From: Candidatus Latescibacterota bacterium
Lineage (GTDB): Bacteria > Latescibacterota > UBA2968 > GCA-2709665
DNA: 64,000 bases
Direction of reading: 5' to 3'
Assembly: GCA_965219455.1 (NCBI GenBank)
Contig: OZ244744.1
Span: forward strand, 1,920,001-1,984,000
The notes below the pieces were generated by a model. That model did no database searches. It worked only from the letters and a program-made list of their open reading frames with translations, and was not told the origin of the DNA. Shown piece after piece: positions 41,081 to 51,555 of this stretch. Positions within the stretch are counted from its first letter, which is position 1. Each line of letters starts with the position of its first letter. Made by a program: the position numbers and the translations under genes.

Positions 41081-44000
41081 TTACCTGCGGTTATCCACCC
41101 GCCATCCCCCGACCTCCCCCTGATCCGTTGCCAGAACGACATTTCCATCCACACGGACAATTCCGGTCGGCCTCCCCGTCATCCTGCCCGACCCGACGAC
41201 CTTGCCACCGCCATCCAGGACGGCCAGCGTACCGTCTTCGCAGCCGGCCACGACCCTGGCGCCGACCCCGGCCCCGATGGCTGCCATCACCGCCGGCGGA
41301 CAGGGCAGCCGCCTTGCCCACACCTTCTCGCAACGGTGATCGAGTGCGAGGATCAGCCCGCCGGAGAGCGCAGCAAGCAGCTCTTTCCTGCCGTCGCCAT
41401 CCAGGTCGACAACGTCGAAATCCCGCACGTTGTCGGCGGGAATGCGCTGCCCCGGGCCGAGATGAACGTTGTGCAGCGCCCGCCCATCCTCCGTCCAGAC
41501 CGTCACCCGGTTCCAGGTCCCGTTGATCTCGCTGACCACTTCCCTCCTGCCGTCCCCGTCCAGGTCCTCGTAAAAGATGTGCTTCCGGCTCATACAGGCC
41601 CACCCGCCGATATTCGTATGTCCGTCCGGCACGTCTTGGAAGGCGCGCTGTTTCGGGTCCAGTTCGCGGTTGTTCACAACGGCCATCGCGTGCGAATCCG
41701 TGGGCTGCCGCGCAATCAGCAGATCAATGCTGCCATCGGGCCCGTCGACCAGGGCGAACCGGGAACCCGGACCCCAGAATACCGGAAGCCGTTTCACGAG
41801 ATTCCCGTTATAATCCAGGATCTCGAGTGTGCAGGCGCTGCCCACGAAAGCCTGGCTCTCGCCATCCAGAAAAACGCCGGAATGGAGTCCATGAACGCCC
41901 GCGTGCCCCGGAGCCGTCTTGAACCAGTACGGTTTTGCAGCTCGGAAAACCGCCGGGTCTTCCTCGGAAACAAACACCCATTTCCGGTCGCCCGTATCCG
42001 GATCGAACGCGATGACCTTCTCGTCCACGCATCCCGCCAGGAGCAGGTTGTGCTCCGCCCACCAGTGGAGGAGACGGATGGGACCATCCGTCCGCAGGGT
42101 CCGGAGTACTACCCCCTCCGGTGACAAAACGTGGACATTCTGGGTTTCAGCCGCACAGATTCGCGTTTCCTCGCCGGAATCGGCGACGACGAGGTCCACA
42201 ACCGCACCACCCACGCCGGTCGAGAAAACAGGCGCCATGGAGGGTACATCCGGCAGAACAGGCGATAGCGCGGCCGCGGATAGCCGTCTGCCATCCCGGC
42301 CCTGCTCCAGAAGGCCCTCAAGCCGCGCGGTCACCCTTTCAAGCGCGGCCGCATCCGGTACCGCGCCGGACATCGAATGCCGTCCCGCGGGGATACCAAT
42401 GGTCACCATTCCGGAGTCATCCGAACCGCCCCCGGGAACGCTTCCGCCCACGCGCATGCCGCGCGGATCGGCGACAGCCAACCGGATTTCGGTCTCCTCA
42501 TCCGCAACCACCTCCAGCGTACCGCTTTGAAAGTCCCAGTCGACCTGCACGGGTGCGCTCGAGCGGAAAACCGGGGCGCCCAGCGACACCTCGGTCGCGT
42601 TGACGCCGTGGAGGTGGCTTCCCGCCAGCACCACCAGGTCTCCTCTGAGCCCCTCGTATTCGCCCACGGAGGCTACGGCCGGCTCCGGCAGCGCCAGTGC
42701 GGCCGCGTATTCGTCCAGCCGCACGCACGACGTATCCTCCCCCGCCAACAACGAGAAAAAGCATTGCCCTCCACCCTTCTCCACGCGTCCCCGCCATATC
42801 ATGCGCGCCTGCCCGTCCGCAACCGTGGTCTCCAACGGTTCCGACATGCGGATCTGTCCCGCATCCCGGATACGCACAGCGCCTCCATCCGGGACCGACT
42901 CCCATGCGCCCTTTCCCTGCCACAGCACCTCCACCTCCAGTTCCTCGCTGTCCGCTCGGAATGTCAGGTGGTCCACAAACAGCGCGTACCGGCCCACCCG
43001 CTGCGCCAGTGTCCTGCGCCACGTGCAGAACGCCGCCCCAGGCACAACGGCCGCTACCACGGCGGTCCCCCCGACCACATCGCGATACTTCAGCGCGGAA
43101 TCCATCGCCACAACGGGCTCTACCATCCCCTCCGAACGGGTCAGCACCTGGTTCAGATAGCCCTCCAGCAGCGTCTGTCCCCCCAGTCGCAGTTCCAGGA
43201 TCACAAAGGTGTGGTACGCGTTCCGAGACGCGCCGTTCATCCCCTTCACCAGAATGAAATCGCCCGTTGAGTCGGCCGCGCTCCGAAAGCTGCCGAACAG
43301 GAAAGACTCTTCCAGCGGCAATCCGCCGGCGCGCTCCCGCCACATCGGCTCGGGGATGGGATGGATACACCACCTGTTCACCAGGTCCGCGGGCAGCCTG
43401 GCCTCGAGATCGTCTTCAGGCCAGAAGGACTGCCCCAGCCGGAAGACCTCCAGGTCCATCCCGGTGCGGCGCAGATATTCACGGTACCGGCCGTCACCCG
43501 TCAGATAAGCGGCCTTGTTGAGAAACCCGATGGACGCGGAATTCAGCGCCCAGTCGGGTTCGCGACCCGAGGCGAGGATTTCCTGCCCGCGAAGCAGGGT
43601 GGCCATCACGCCGTTCTCGATCGGCTTCCGGTCGCCCGTAAGCAGCATATAGCTCAGAACAGGGGCCATACCGGTATTGTACCAGAACAGGTTGTCGTGC
43701 TCCCCGTCAACCCACGCGTGTCGATGCAGGGATGCAAAATGCCACTTGGCCGCCTCCATGGATTGTTCCCAGAGCGCATGCGGGTAGTCGGTGTGAAAGT
43801 ATCGGCCCAGGCAATAGAGCGAAATCGCCGACCACTGCCCGTGCCGCGACCCCACGCAGCGCGGCGGGTCTCCGAATCCCCCTTCGCCGCGTCGCGCGTT
43901 TTCCACCACCTGCCGCCGCGCGCCCTGGTCCTGCGCGTGCCCGAACTGAGACGCAAAGGCATTCGTGACCCGCAGGCGTTCGGCATCCGTAAACACCGGA

Positions 44001-44797
44001 CTCTCCTCAATCAGATCCCAGTAGAGAATCATCATGTGCGCGTTGTAGTGGTAGGGACCGCCAAGCGGCTCGTCCTTGTTTTCGATCCGCTCACCATCGA
44101 TCTCCGTGATTTCGGCCTTCGCCCGGTCGTCGGGAAACGCCAGCCGGAGGGCTTCCCGCGCGTGGAAGGGGTCTCCCGTCATATAGTACATGGCCATCCG
44201 CTTGCTGATGCTGTTCCACCCGAAATACCCCACCGATCCGTATCCCGCGGAGGCCTCCCAGGTTTCGAATTCCCGGATGTCCTGCGGTACCACAATCCCC
44301 CTCCCCAGTTCGATCTCCATCAGCCAACCCAGCGAAAGCGCGCCTTCTTCCCCCTCCGCTTCCGACACCTTCCTCACCAGCGCATCCGCCGCCGCCGACA
44401 CGCCCTCTGCATCGCTGCCACCCGCAAAGATCACATTGTTGCCGTCGCCGAACGGATTGTGAAGCGACCGGACCTCGTACCCGCCAGGCCCGGGATAGCG
44501 CAGATCCAGCAGGGTGTAGTATTGGTTGTAGAGCGCTTCTATCGTGTGGCTGCTGGACCGGTTGCCAAGTACGATCACGTGTCCCGAAACGGGCGCGGAA
44601 CCTGCCACGGAAGATTCCTCGACAATGGGCACGCGCACACCGGTTCGCGCCTTTATTGCCGCTTGCAGGCGTTTCGCGGCGCCGGCGTAAATCAGGCCTT
44701 CCGGAACCACGATCGTTACGTTCGACCGGCCGCCTCGGACCAGTTCCGTATCGAGATTGAGATCCTTGAGTTCCGTGTACATCGGTGGAATACGCAT
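41081..44797 (-). CDS. Heparinase-like protein with FG-GAP propeller (paralogue 3, divergent)
   Basis: YPGPGGYEVRSLHNPFG, DLDGDG repeats; same layout as paralogues 1 and 2. Confidence 0.75.
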   Translation of the reverse strand: MRIPPMYTELKDLNLDTELVRGGRSNVTIVVPEGLIYAGAAKRLQAAIKARTGVRVPIVEESSVAGSAPVSGHVIVLGNRSSSHTIEALYNQYYTLLDLRYPGPGGYEVRSLHNPFGDGNNVIFAGGSDAEGVSAAADALVRKVSEAEGEEGALSLGWLMEIELGRGIVVPQDIREFETWEASAGYGSVGYFGWNSISKRMAMYYMTGDPFHAREALRLAFPDDRAKAEITEIDGERIENKDEPLGGPYHYNAHMMILYWDLIEESPVFTDAERLRVTNAFASQFGHAQDQGARRQVVENARRGEGGFGDPPRCVGSRHGQWSAISLYCLGRYFHTDYPHALWEQSMEAAKWHFASLHRHAWVDGEHDNLFWYNTGMAPVLSYMLLTGDRKPIENGVMATLLRGQEILASGREPDWALNSASIGFLNKAAYLTGDGRYREYLRRTGMDLEVFRLGQSFWPEDDLEARLPADLVNRWCIHPIPEPMWRERAGGLPLEESFLFGSFRSAADSTGDFILVKGMNGASRNAYHTFVILELRLGGQTLLEGYLNQVLTRSEGMVEPVVAMDSALKYRDVVGGTAVVAAVVPGAAFCTWRRTLAQRVGRYALFVDHLTFRADSEELEVEVLWQGKGAWESVPDGGAVRIRDAGQIRMSEPLETTVADGQARMIWRGRVEKGGGQCFFSLLAGEDTSCVRLDEYAAALALPEPAVASVGEYEGLRGDLVVLAGSHLHGVNATEVSLGAPVFRSSAPVQVDWDFQSGTLEVVADEETEIRLAVADPRGMRVGGSVPGGGSDDSGMVTIGIPAGRHSMSGAVPDAAALERVTARLEGLLEQGRDGRRLSAAALSPVLPDVPSMAPVFSTGVGGAVVDLVVADSGEETRICAAETQNVHVLSPEGVVLRTLRTDGPIRLLHWWAEHNLLLAGCVDEKVIAFDPDTGDRKWVFVSEEDPAVFRAAKPYWFKTAPGHAGVHGLHSGVFLDGESQAFVGSACTLEILDYNGNLVKRLPVFWGPGSRFALVDGPDGSIDLLIARQPTDSHAMAVVNNRELDPKQRAFQDVPDGHTNIGGWACMSRKHIFYEDLDGDGRREVVSEINGTWNRVTVWTEDGRALHNVHLGPGQRIPADNVRDFDVVDLDGDGRKELLAALSGGLILALDHRCEKVWARRLPCPPAVMAAIGAGVGARVVAGCEDGTLAVLDGGGKVVGSGRMTGRPTGIVRVDGNVVLATDQGEVGGWRVDNRR

Positions 44798-44828
44798 CAG
44801 ATCATACCCTCCGTTACGTGCGCTAGAG

Positions 44829-46796
44829 TCAATATGCGTGCACGGCGTGCCCCTGCCCTTCGAACCAGATCACATCCAGTACGTATCCGAGGGCGACGGA
44901 CAGCGCATAGCCCACGATCGTCCCGATAAAAAATGGTACCGTCCGTCGATAGAGCAGCATCCCCCCAGTCTTGATCACGATAAACTTGCAGATCCAGGCG
45001 GCAAAGATGCTGAAAGCCGCGTGCTTCGTCAACCCCGTGTAGGCCACAGCCAGTCCGGCCGGGTGCACCGGCCACCAGTTGAACCGGTATCGCAGGAACG
45101 CCAGCAGGGCCATGCCCGCCGCGCCGGCCGCAAAGAGAATAAACGGCGCCGCCTGAACGGGATCCGAGCTGCGCATATGGCTTACGTACCCGTTCACGCT
45201 GGGCACCGTCCTTCGGAAAAGCGCGATACTTCCGAAATTGTACGCCCCGCCGAAATACCCCCAATACAGTGTCAGCACCACCGACGTCGCAATGCTGGTC
45301 AACAGGCCCAGCGCCACAACCCAGCCCAGACGCCTCCGGTGCCGCTCCACCCGTTCGGCCAGCTTTGCGATCTGCGCGAAGGCCGGCATGAACAGGCCCA
45401 TGCTGTCATTGGCGAACACGTTTGTGAAGGCCATGGCCGTGAGCCCCGGCGCCGGGATGGAGGCCGCGCCCAACGTGCCCAGAATCAGCGCCTGCCCGCT
45501 GAGGGGGAAGTTCACGTAAAGCAGGCCGGTCTGCGCGACAACCCGGGCGAGGCCCAGGTAACTGGTGAACAGGAACACGGTCAGCGCGGTGGCCAGGAGC
45601 AGACCCATTCCCGCCATCCGCAACCAGCAGATCACGAAGGCCACCCCCAGAATCAGGCCCCACACCGCCCACCTGTAACGCATCAGCGCCTCCGCGTCGT
45701 TCACTCCGCCTGAGCGGCCCAGTGCAGAGCGGAACACGCGATTGAGGTGACCCCGGGCGGTCCAGAGCGCCAGACCCACGTAAGACATCATCGCGCCGCC
45801 GCCCTGCCAGGACACCACCCCGCCGGAGAATCCCGCAATCCCCAGTCCAACCCGGGCGAAAGCCGCGATCTCCAGAATGTAAAACAGATGAAACAGCCAG
45901 ATACTCAGCAGCAGGTCCAGGCCCGTCATATACGCGAACCCGATGGTATAGAAATTCAGGCTCAAATGGACCTGCGAGTATTGCGTAAAGTGCACCCACA
46001 ACTGCTGGTGAAACACACGGATCATCGGAAATCCGTGGACAAAGGCCGGAATCAGGTTCCAGACCTTGATCGTCAGCGCGGCAAGCATCCCCGCAATGAA
46101 CAACCGGTTCCGCAACAACCCGGCCCACTCGCCTCTGCCCTCGGCTCCCTCCGCCATATCCACGGCCACCGCGGGAATGGGATAGGCCAGGCGTTCGTGC
46201 CCCGACCACTGACGGTGCAACACCGCGACCGTGCAGAAAGAAACCAGCGCCATCCCGCCTAGCAGCGCCGTCCACCAGAACATCGGGGCCGCCCACGCGT
46301 GCCAGGGAATCGCCTCACCGGGCGGCAGACCCTCAAAGAGCCATCTCATGGCCCCCTGCGCGTTTGAAGGCAACATCCAGCCGGGTACGTGGGGCAGCAG
46401 GTACTCTCCCCACATATTCTCGGGCGTGGCAAGATAGTGGGGGATCGCCAGCATCCCGATCCAGGTCGTGGACAGACCGAACGTGGGCACCATCCCACCC
46501 GCCAGGCCCGCGCACAGCGCCACCAGGAGTTCCGGGCCGGACAACGCCATCCTGGGAACGAACCGCCGGAGGGCGGGCGCCGTCAGAACAAGAATCAGGA
46601 ACGGCACGAACACGCCCATGGGGAAGTGCGTCCGGTTCAGCCATGATCCCCGGATGATATAGAGCGAGTGCAGGCTCCAGAAATTGTGCAGGACGGCAAT
46701 ACCCAGACCAACGCTCAGGGCGCGCACCGAAACCCCGCGCAAAGCCGACTTCGTGCCGGCTACCGCCGCTTCGCGTTGCCCGGCAGTTCTCGGCAT
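44829..46796 (-). CDS. DUF6785/DUF6784-like polytopic membrane protein (putative transporter)
   Basis: Many TM helices; YLATPEN, RQWSGHERLAYP, WWPVHPAG, PFFIG; likely start MPRTAGQ. Confidence 0.8.
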   Translation of the reverse strand: MPRTAGQREAAVAGTKSALRGVSVRALSVGLGIAVLHNFWSLHSLYIIRGSWLNRTHFPMGVFVPFLILVLTAPALRRFVPRMALSGPELLVALCAGLAGGMVPTFGLSTTWIGMLAIPHYLATPENMWGEYLLPHVPGWMLPSNAQGAMRWLFEGLPPGEAIPWHAWAAPMFWWTALLGGMALVSFCTVAVLHRQWSGHERLAYPIPAVAVDMAEGAEGRGEWAGLLRNRLFIAGMLAALTIKVWNLIPAFVHGFPMIRVFHQQLWVHFTQYSQVHLSLNFYTIGFAYMTGLDLLLSIWLFHLFYILEIAAFARVGLGIAGFSGGVVSWQGGGAMMSYVGLALWTARGHLNRVFRSALGRSGGVNDAEALMRYRWAVWGLILGVAFVICWLRMAGMGLLLATALTVFLFTSYLGLARVVAQTGLLYVNFPLSGQALILGTLGAASIPAPGLTAMAFTNVFANDSMGLFMPAFAQIAKLAERVERHRRRLGWVVALGLLTSIATSVVLTLYWGYFGGAYNFGSIALFRRTVPSVNGYVSHMRSSDPVQAAPFILFAAGAAGMALLAFLRYRFNWWPVHPAGLAVAYTGLTKHAAFSIFAAWICKFIVIKTGGMLLYRRTVPFFIGTIVGYALSVALGYVLDVIWFEGQGHAVHAY

Positions 46797-46821
46797 ACCG
46801 CGTTTTCCCTCGCGTGTGCGT

Positions 46822-49800
46822 TCAAGACACGACCTCCCGGCCCGCCGACGTCTCCAGTTCCGCCTCGCCCTGCCGGGCATAGTCCGTCTTTGTTTCCGGA
46901 GGCATTGTTTTCCATACCAGAAAGAGCTTGCGGATGTCGTTCAGGAAGCCTCGATTCACCCGCTGCCAGGAGTTCACGTCTCCGCTCAGGCGATGGATTT
47001 GGACCTCTATGCCGTATATATCGTGTTCTCCCGTGGGAATCGCATTCATCCGGACGTCCTGGCTGATGCCCATATCGTAGGGCGCCAACCACATCCGCAG
47101 AGCGATCTTATACCCCCTGCCGGCCGGAAGCGGCTCGGACCTGAAACTCACGTCCTGCGAGACAAACCTGCCGATAGAACCCTCTCCGAACGATTCGAAA
47201 GAACGAAACAGATAGGTATACATGCCAAGGGCTTCCGAGCCCGCCAGCGTAAACGGAAAATCAAAGAACCACTCGTCACCCTTCGGTTGCGGAAACTGCC
47301 AACGCCGGGTCACGTCGGGCACGGACATCTGCTCGGCCTTCCTGGCCGGATAGAGGGTGGACAGGAACACCGCCAGCATCACCAGCAGCGTGGAAGTAAC
47401 CGCCGACAACGACGAATAGTTCAGGGACAACCCGCCCAGCGCCCCATGTTCGTACAGCAACATCACCAGCGCCTGACCGATCAGGTAACCGAACGCGGCC
47501 CCAAGCGTGGCAAACACGGCGGCTTCTGCCAGGAAGAGCGCGGATATGTGGCTGGGCGCCAGCCCCACTGCTGAATAGACGCCGATTTCCCGGAACCTTT
47601 CGTATACCGCGCCCATCATCGTATTCAGCACGATCAGAGAGGCAATCAGCAGCGGGATGAAGAGATTCGCGATGCCGGAAAGCGAGGTGGTGCCGATGGA
47701 ACTGTATACCGTCACCTCGTCGCCGATCCCCACAAACATCGTCAGTGCGACCCGGGACATAAAGTCCTCGATCTGACCCCGGACGTCCCGGCTCGGGCCG
47801 CCCTGCGCATCTCTGAAATCGGTGACCGCGATCGATCGGAGCGTACCCCCCATTTCAATGACGAATTCGTACGGAAGCAGCGCCGTATTGCTCGTATCCA
47901 GGTGAATGAACGCCTCGATCGGCTCCGCCCCCATCAGCCTCGGATCCTGGCTCAGGTTGCGCCAGTCGCTCGTGCCCGCGGTCTCCATCGTGGTGTCGAT
48001 GGGGGTCAGTCGTTCGTCGTCCATATCCTCCAGTCTGTCGACCGCCCTGGAGTCCAGAATGCCGATAACGGCAATCTCCACCCCCAACATGCGCACCCGC
48101 GCCCGGCCGGCCTCCACGTCCTCGGGAGAGATCCCAACGAGTTCCGCCAGTTCTCCGGGCAGGATGACCGCGTGCCGCTCCCCTTCCCGGAACCACCGGC
48201 CGGCCGTCAGCAGGCGGTCCATACCCATCACCTCAGGTTCCTCCGGCGTTACGCCCAGCAACCCGTTCGCGAAACTCCGCCGGCCGCTTTCGGGCTCTTC
48301 AAAGTCGATATAGGCCCGCTCCCCCCGCTTTTCGGAAATGTAAAATGCCCGAGGCGCAACCCGGGCGAAACCGCCAAAATGACTCTCCATATAGTTCAGC
48401 ACGGAGGGCTGCATTCCCCTCCAGTTCCGGTCTCTCACCAGCGCGCCCTGGTACGGAGGCCGATTGTCCCTGGGCAGCTTGTAGAAACGCAGATAGGTCT
48501 GAACGGAGGTGAACGAAAGCACCGTAAACGTCAGCAATGTCAGCGTGACCGCCGTCAGCCCGCTGCGCAGGGGGCGCTTCCGCAAATTCGAAACCCCCAA
48601 TGTAAAGGCCACGATTGTCGCCGAGATCCGCCCCACGTCCTCCTCGTACACACCCGTTGCGGACTGCTTCAGACGTCTTACCTGGTCCGCAAACCTGGAC
48701 ACCACGATCACCATTGCCACCCCGCCCAGGCACAGAATTACAAACGCCAGAAAGATGATGTACGGAGAACCGGACAGTTGGAACGCGGGATGCACCCACC
48801 GCAGCGCCAGGAACATGGCGACGAGAATCCCCGCGAATCCTATAATCCTTCTCTGGACGTCAGGAAACCCGAAAAACAACCGCTCGCAGAAGAACGAAAA
48901 CGGCAGCAGCAGCACGAAATAGAAAATGACCCCCCGCACCGTGTCGTTGGCTGTCTCCTTCACCTCGGGGTAGCCGCGCGCCTCCAGTCCCCACGCCTCC
49001 CTTGCCGCCCCGATGAACCGGTCGTAGTTGCGGTCTTCCAGGTGACCCTGCGCCTCCAGAAGGGAGGCCCGCGCGCGGTCGTGCAGCCGGGAAAGCCGCT
49101 GGTTCTCCACGCCGTAGCGCGCCAGTTGCTTCATCCGTACGTCATCCACGATCCACATATCCCGCGCCGCGCGGTAGGAAGGCAGGGTAATGACGCTCCC
49201 GTCCGGGACGTAGCCTGTACCCATGGACCGCTTCACCGTCGTTGCGTCCACCCGCCGCGGAGCGACGGGATCGGTCAGCAGATCTTCCGGCGCGTTGATC
49301 AGCAGGTACTTGATTCCGAACAGCCCGCTGCTCATCAGGATCTTGATCCGCTCCCCCGCCGGGGCGAATGCCACCGACGCCTGCGTGACCTTCCCTTCCT
49401 TTCGGCCCTGGTTGGCGACGTACTGGAAGCCGTACTCGATCGGTTCGCTGTTGTCCCTTCCCAGCACCTTCATGTGGTCCAGCACCGAGAGATAACTCGA
49501 ATCCACAATCTCGAAAAGGCTCAGCGCCCGGCACCTGAAAAGCACCCCCATCATTTCGTTGTCCCACCACCCGTATCCCTGTAACAGGGGGTATTTCCCG
49601 TTTTTCCCATCCGATCCGGCTCCCTCCATGCCCATGTCAGGCGCCGAAACGATCTGCCCCTCACCGTCGATCTCGTATGCGAGTATCCGATTGGAGAATC
49701 GGTTCCTTACGATGTCGAATTCAAACCGGCCGGTCTGCGAAACCACCTCCCTGGAACCGAACAACGCCCCACGGGAGGCCGGACCTTCGTAAATCGGGCC

Positions 49801-51537
49801 AGCGGCGGCCTGCGTGACCATCAGCGTCCGGACACCGGCCACGCTGCCCGGCCCCGGCTGCTTGTACGTCACGATCGCGCCGGGTACGGGCACGCGTGGA
49901 ATCGCGAAATCCACGTCCCGGTCGAACCAGAGAATACGCCCGGCCAGACGGTGCCCGCGGTCCATCAGCCGAAGCTGGGTTTCCCGGAAGAAGGCCGGGT
50001 CGTTCCCCGCCCTGATCATCATTGAAGCCACCGAGCGAATCTGGTCGGTCAGCCGGTCGAACGCCATTGCCTCCGGAAGATCGAGCGGGGTGTCCGTACG
50101 AACGCGGCCGTCGTACAGCGTCACCAGCGTCATGGCCTCCTGCCCGACGAATACCGCCGCCTCACTCTCCAGGGCCAGGGGAACCGGCATAAACGACGTC
50201 CAGGGCCGCTTGGCCGGCGCCACCACGTCCACGTAGCGATCTTCGCCGGGGAAGAGCGTCGTCGCATATTCGCGGAGCCTGTGTGAATAGGGTGTCAGCA
50301 GATTCTTGAGGTATTCGTCCGTTGCTTTGCCGGGATTGTAGAACGTGCCCATCGCGAATCCGCCCACCTGCCTGCTTTTGCTGGAAAGGTCGAGCCCGAT
50401 GAACAGGCTGAAGTCGATCCGGTCCGCGTCAGGAATCCGATCCAGGAAATAATTGCTCCGCCGGGAATGCCGAAAGAGGAAATCGTTGATTCCCGACAGG
50501 CCCTCGAAGTGAGCCGAGGTGGCCAGAAAGAGAAAGGAATATCTGGAACCGTAACGCTTTAGAGACCGGATCACCTCCAGCATCGCGGCAACTCCCGAGG
50601 CGCTTTCGGCACCCGGGGCGAGCGCCGGCACAACGGACATGGCGTCATAGTAGGCACCCACCACGATCAGCCGGTCCTTCCACCTGCGGCCGTTCCCGCC
50701 AGGAATGCGCTCGTCCGATCCCGGCAGATAGCCGTACACATTCGCCGACTCTACCGTCTTCCAGTCCATCCGCGCCGTCAGATGCACCCGTGCGTCCCCC
50801 ATCTCGACCCGCTTCAGGAGGCGTTGCGCGTCCTCCCGGTCAACCCAGAACCGGGGCACGTTCACCGGCACCTCGAGAAGCTTGTCCTCCGCCTCCCCGC
50901 GCGTAACGTTGCCGTCGTCGAAGAACAGAATCGCCTTCGCGCCAAGGGTCAGCGCGTTCAGGTAGTTCTGCCCGCAACCGAAGTCCATCAACACCACGCT
51001 GCCATCCACAACTGCCCCGTTGTAGTCCGAAAACTCCCCCTTGCGCCCGTAGATCAACGGCCCGCCAACGCCTCCGGCCGGCAGCGTGGAAGTACGTACG
51101 TCGTTCGGCCAGAGACAGTAAACGGGCAATTCCTCCCCGGTGGTTTCCAGCCTCAGCACGCCTCCCGCGTCGATCGGCACCGTCACGTCGAACGGCTCCG
51201 TGGTAACTCGCTCCAGGCCGAGCGCCTCGAATTGCGACCGGACGTAATCCCGCGCCTGCCGTTCCCCGCCATACCCCACCACGCGAGACGGCATCCGGGT
51301 GAATGCCGCCACATGAGACCGTACCTCCTCTTCGGTTATCGCATCCACGACCCGTCGAACCGCACGATCCTCGGCCGAGAGAGCCCCACGCACCTGCTCG
51401 GGGGGCGCCACCTGCCGGATATGGAGCGTATCCCGTATCACGTCGGACACTTCCTCGGGATCGAATACCACCACGACTGCGAGAACGCCGAGCGTCAGCA
51501 GAACAAGAAGAACCCGCTTGATTACGTTAAACATCAT
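46822..51537 (-). CDS. Large membrane protein: PA plus degenerate M28 peptidase-like ectodomain plus FtsX-like permease
   Basis: SRVVGY, GAYYDAMS...APGAESASG, NLRKRPLRS, LNTMMGAVYERFREIGVYSAVG...FLAEA. Confidence 0.85.
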   Translation of the reverse strand: MMFNVIKRVLLVLLTLGVLAVVVVFDPEEVSDVIRDTLHIRQVAPPEQVRGALSAEDRAVRRVVDAITEEEVRSHVAAFTRMPSRVVGYGGERQARDYVRSQFEALGLERVTTEPFDVTVPIDAGGVLRLETTGEELPVYCLWPNDVRTSTLPAGGVGGPLIYGRKGEFSDYNGAVVDGSVVLMDFGCGQNYLNALTLGAKAILFFDDGNVTRGEAEDKLLEVPVNVPRFWVDREDAQRLLKRVEMGDARVHLTARMDWKTVESANVYGYLPGSDERIPGGNGRRWKDRLIVVGAYYDAMSVVPALAPGAESASGVAAMLEVIRSLKRYGSRYSFLFLATSAHFEGLSGINDFLFRHSRRSNYFLDRIPDADRIDFSLFIGLDLSSKSRQVGGFAMGTFYNPGKATDEYLKNLLTPYSHRLREYATTLFPGEDRYVDVVAPAKRPWTSFMPVPLALESEAAVFVGQEAMTLVTLYDGRVRTDTPLDLPEAMAFDRLTDQIRSVASMMIRAGNDPAFFRETQLRLMDRGHRLAGRILWFDRDVDFAIPRVPVPGAIVTYKQPGPGSVAGVRTLMVTQAAAGPIYEGPASRGALFGSREVVSQTGRFEFDIVRNRFSNRILAYEIDGEGQIVSAPDMGMEGAGSDGKNGKYPLLQGYGWWDNEMMGVLFRCRALSLFEIVDSSYLSVLDHMKVLGRDNSEPIEYGFQYVANQGRKEGKVTQASVAFAPAGERIKILMSSGLFGIKYLLINAPEDLLTDPVAPRRVDATTVKRSMGTGYVPDGSVITLPSYRAARDMWIVDDVRMKQLARYGVENQRLSRLHDRARASLLEAQGHLEDRNYDRFIGAAREAWGLEARGYPEVKETANDTVRGVIFYFVLLLPFSFFCERLFFGFPDVQRRIIGFAGILVAMFLALRWVHPAFQLSGSPYIIFLAFVILCLGGVAMVIVVSRFADQVRRLKQSATGVYEEDVGRISATIVAFTLGVSNLRKRPLRSGLTAVTLTLLTFTVLSFTSVQTYLRFYKLPRDNRPPYQGALVRDRNWRGMQPSVLNYMESHFGGFARVAPRAFYISEKRGERAYIDFEEPESGRRSFANGLLGVTPEEPEVMGMDRLLTAGRWFREGERHAVILPGELAELVGISPEDVEAGRARVRMLGVEIAVIGILDSRAVDRLEDMDDERLTPIDTTMETAGTSDWRNLSQDPRLMGAEPIEAFIHLDTSNTALLPYEFVIEMGGTLRSIAVTDFRDAQGGPSRDVRGQIEDFMSRVALTMFVGIGDEVTVYSSIGTTSLSGIANLFIPLLIASLIVLNTMMGAVYERFREIGVYSAVGLAPSHISALFLAEAAVFATLGAAFGYLIGQALVMLLYEHGALGGLSLNYSSLSAVTSTLLVMLAVFLSTLYPARKAEQMSVPDVTRRWQFPQPKGDEWFFDFPFTLAGSEALGMYTYLFRSFESFGEGSIGRFVSQDVSFRSEPLPAGRGYKIALRMWLAPYDMGISQDVRMNAIPTGEHDIYGIEVQIHRLSGDVNSWQRVNRGFLNDIRKLFLVWKTMPPETKTDYARQGEAELETSAGREVVS

Positions 51538-51555
51538 TCGCCCTCGTACGTCAGC

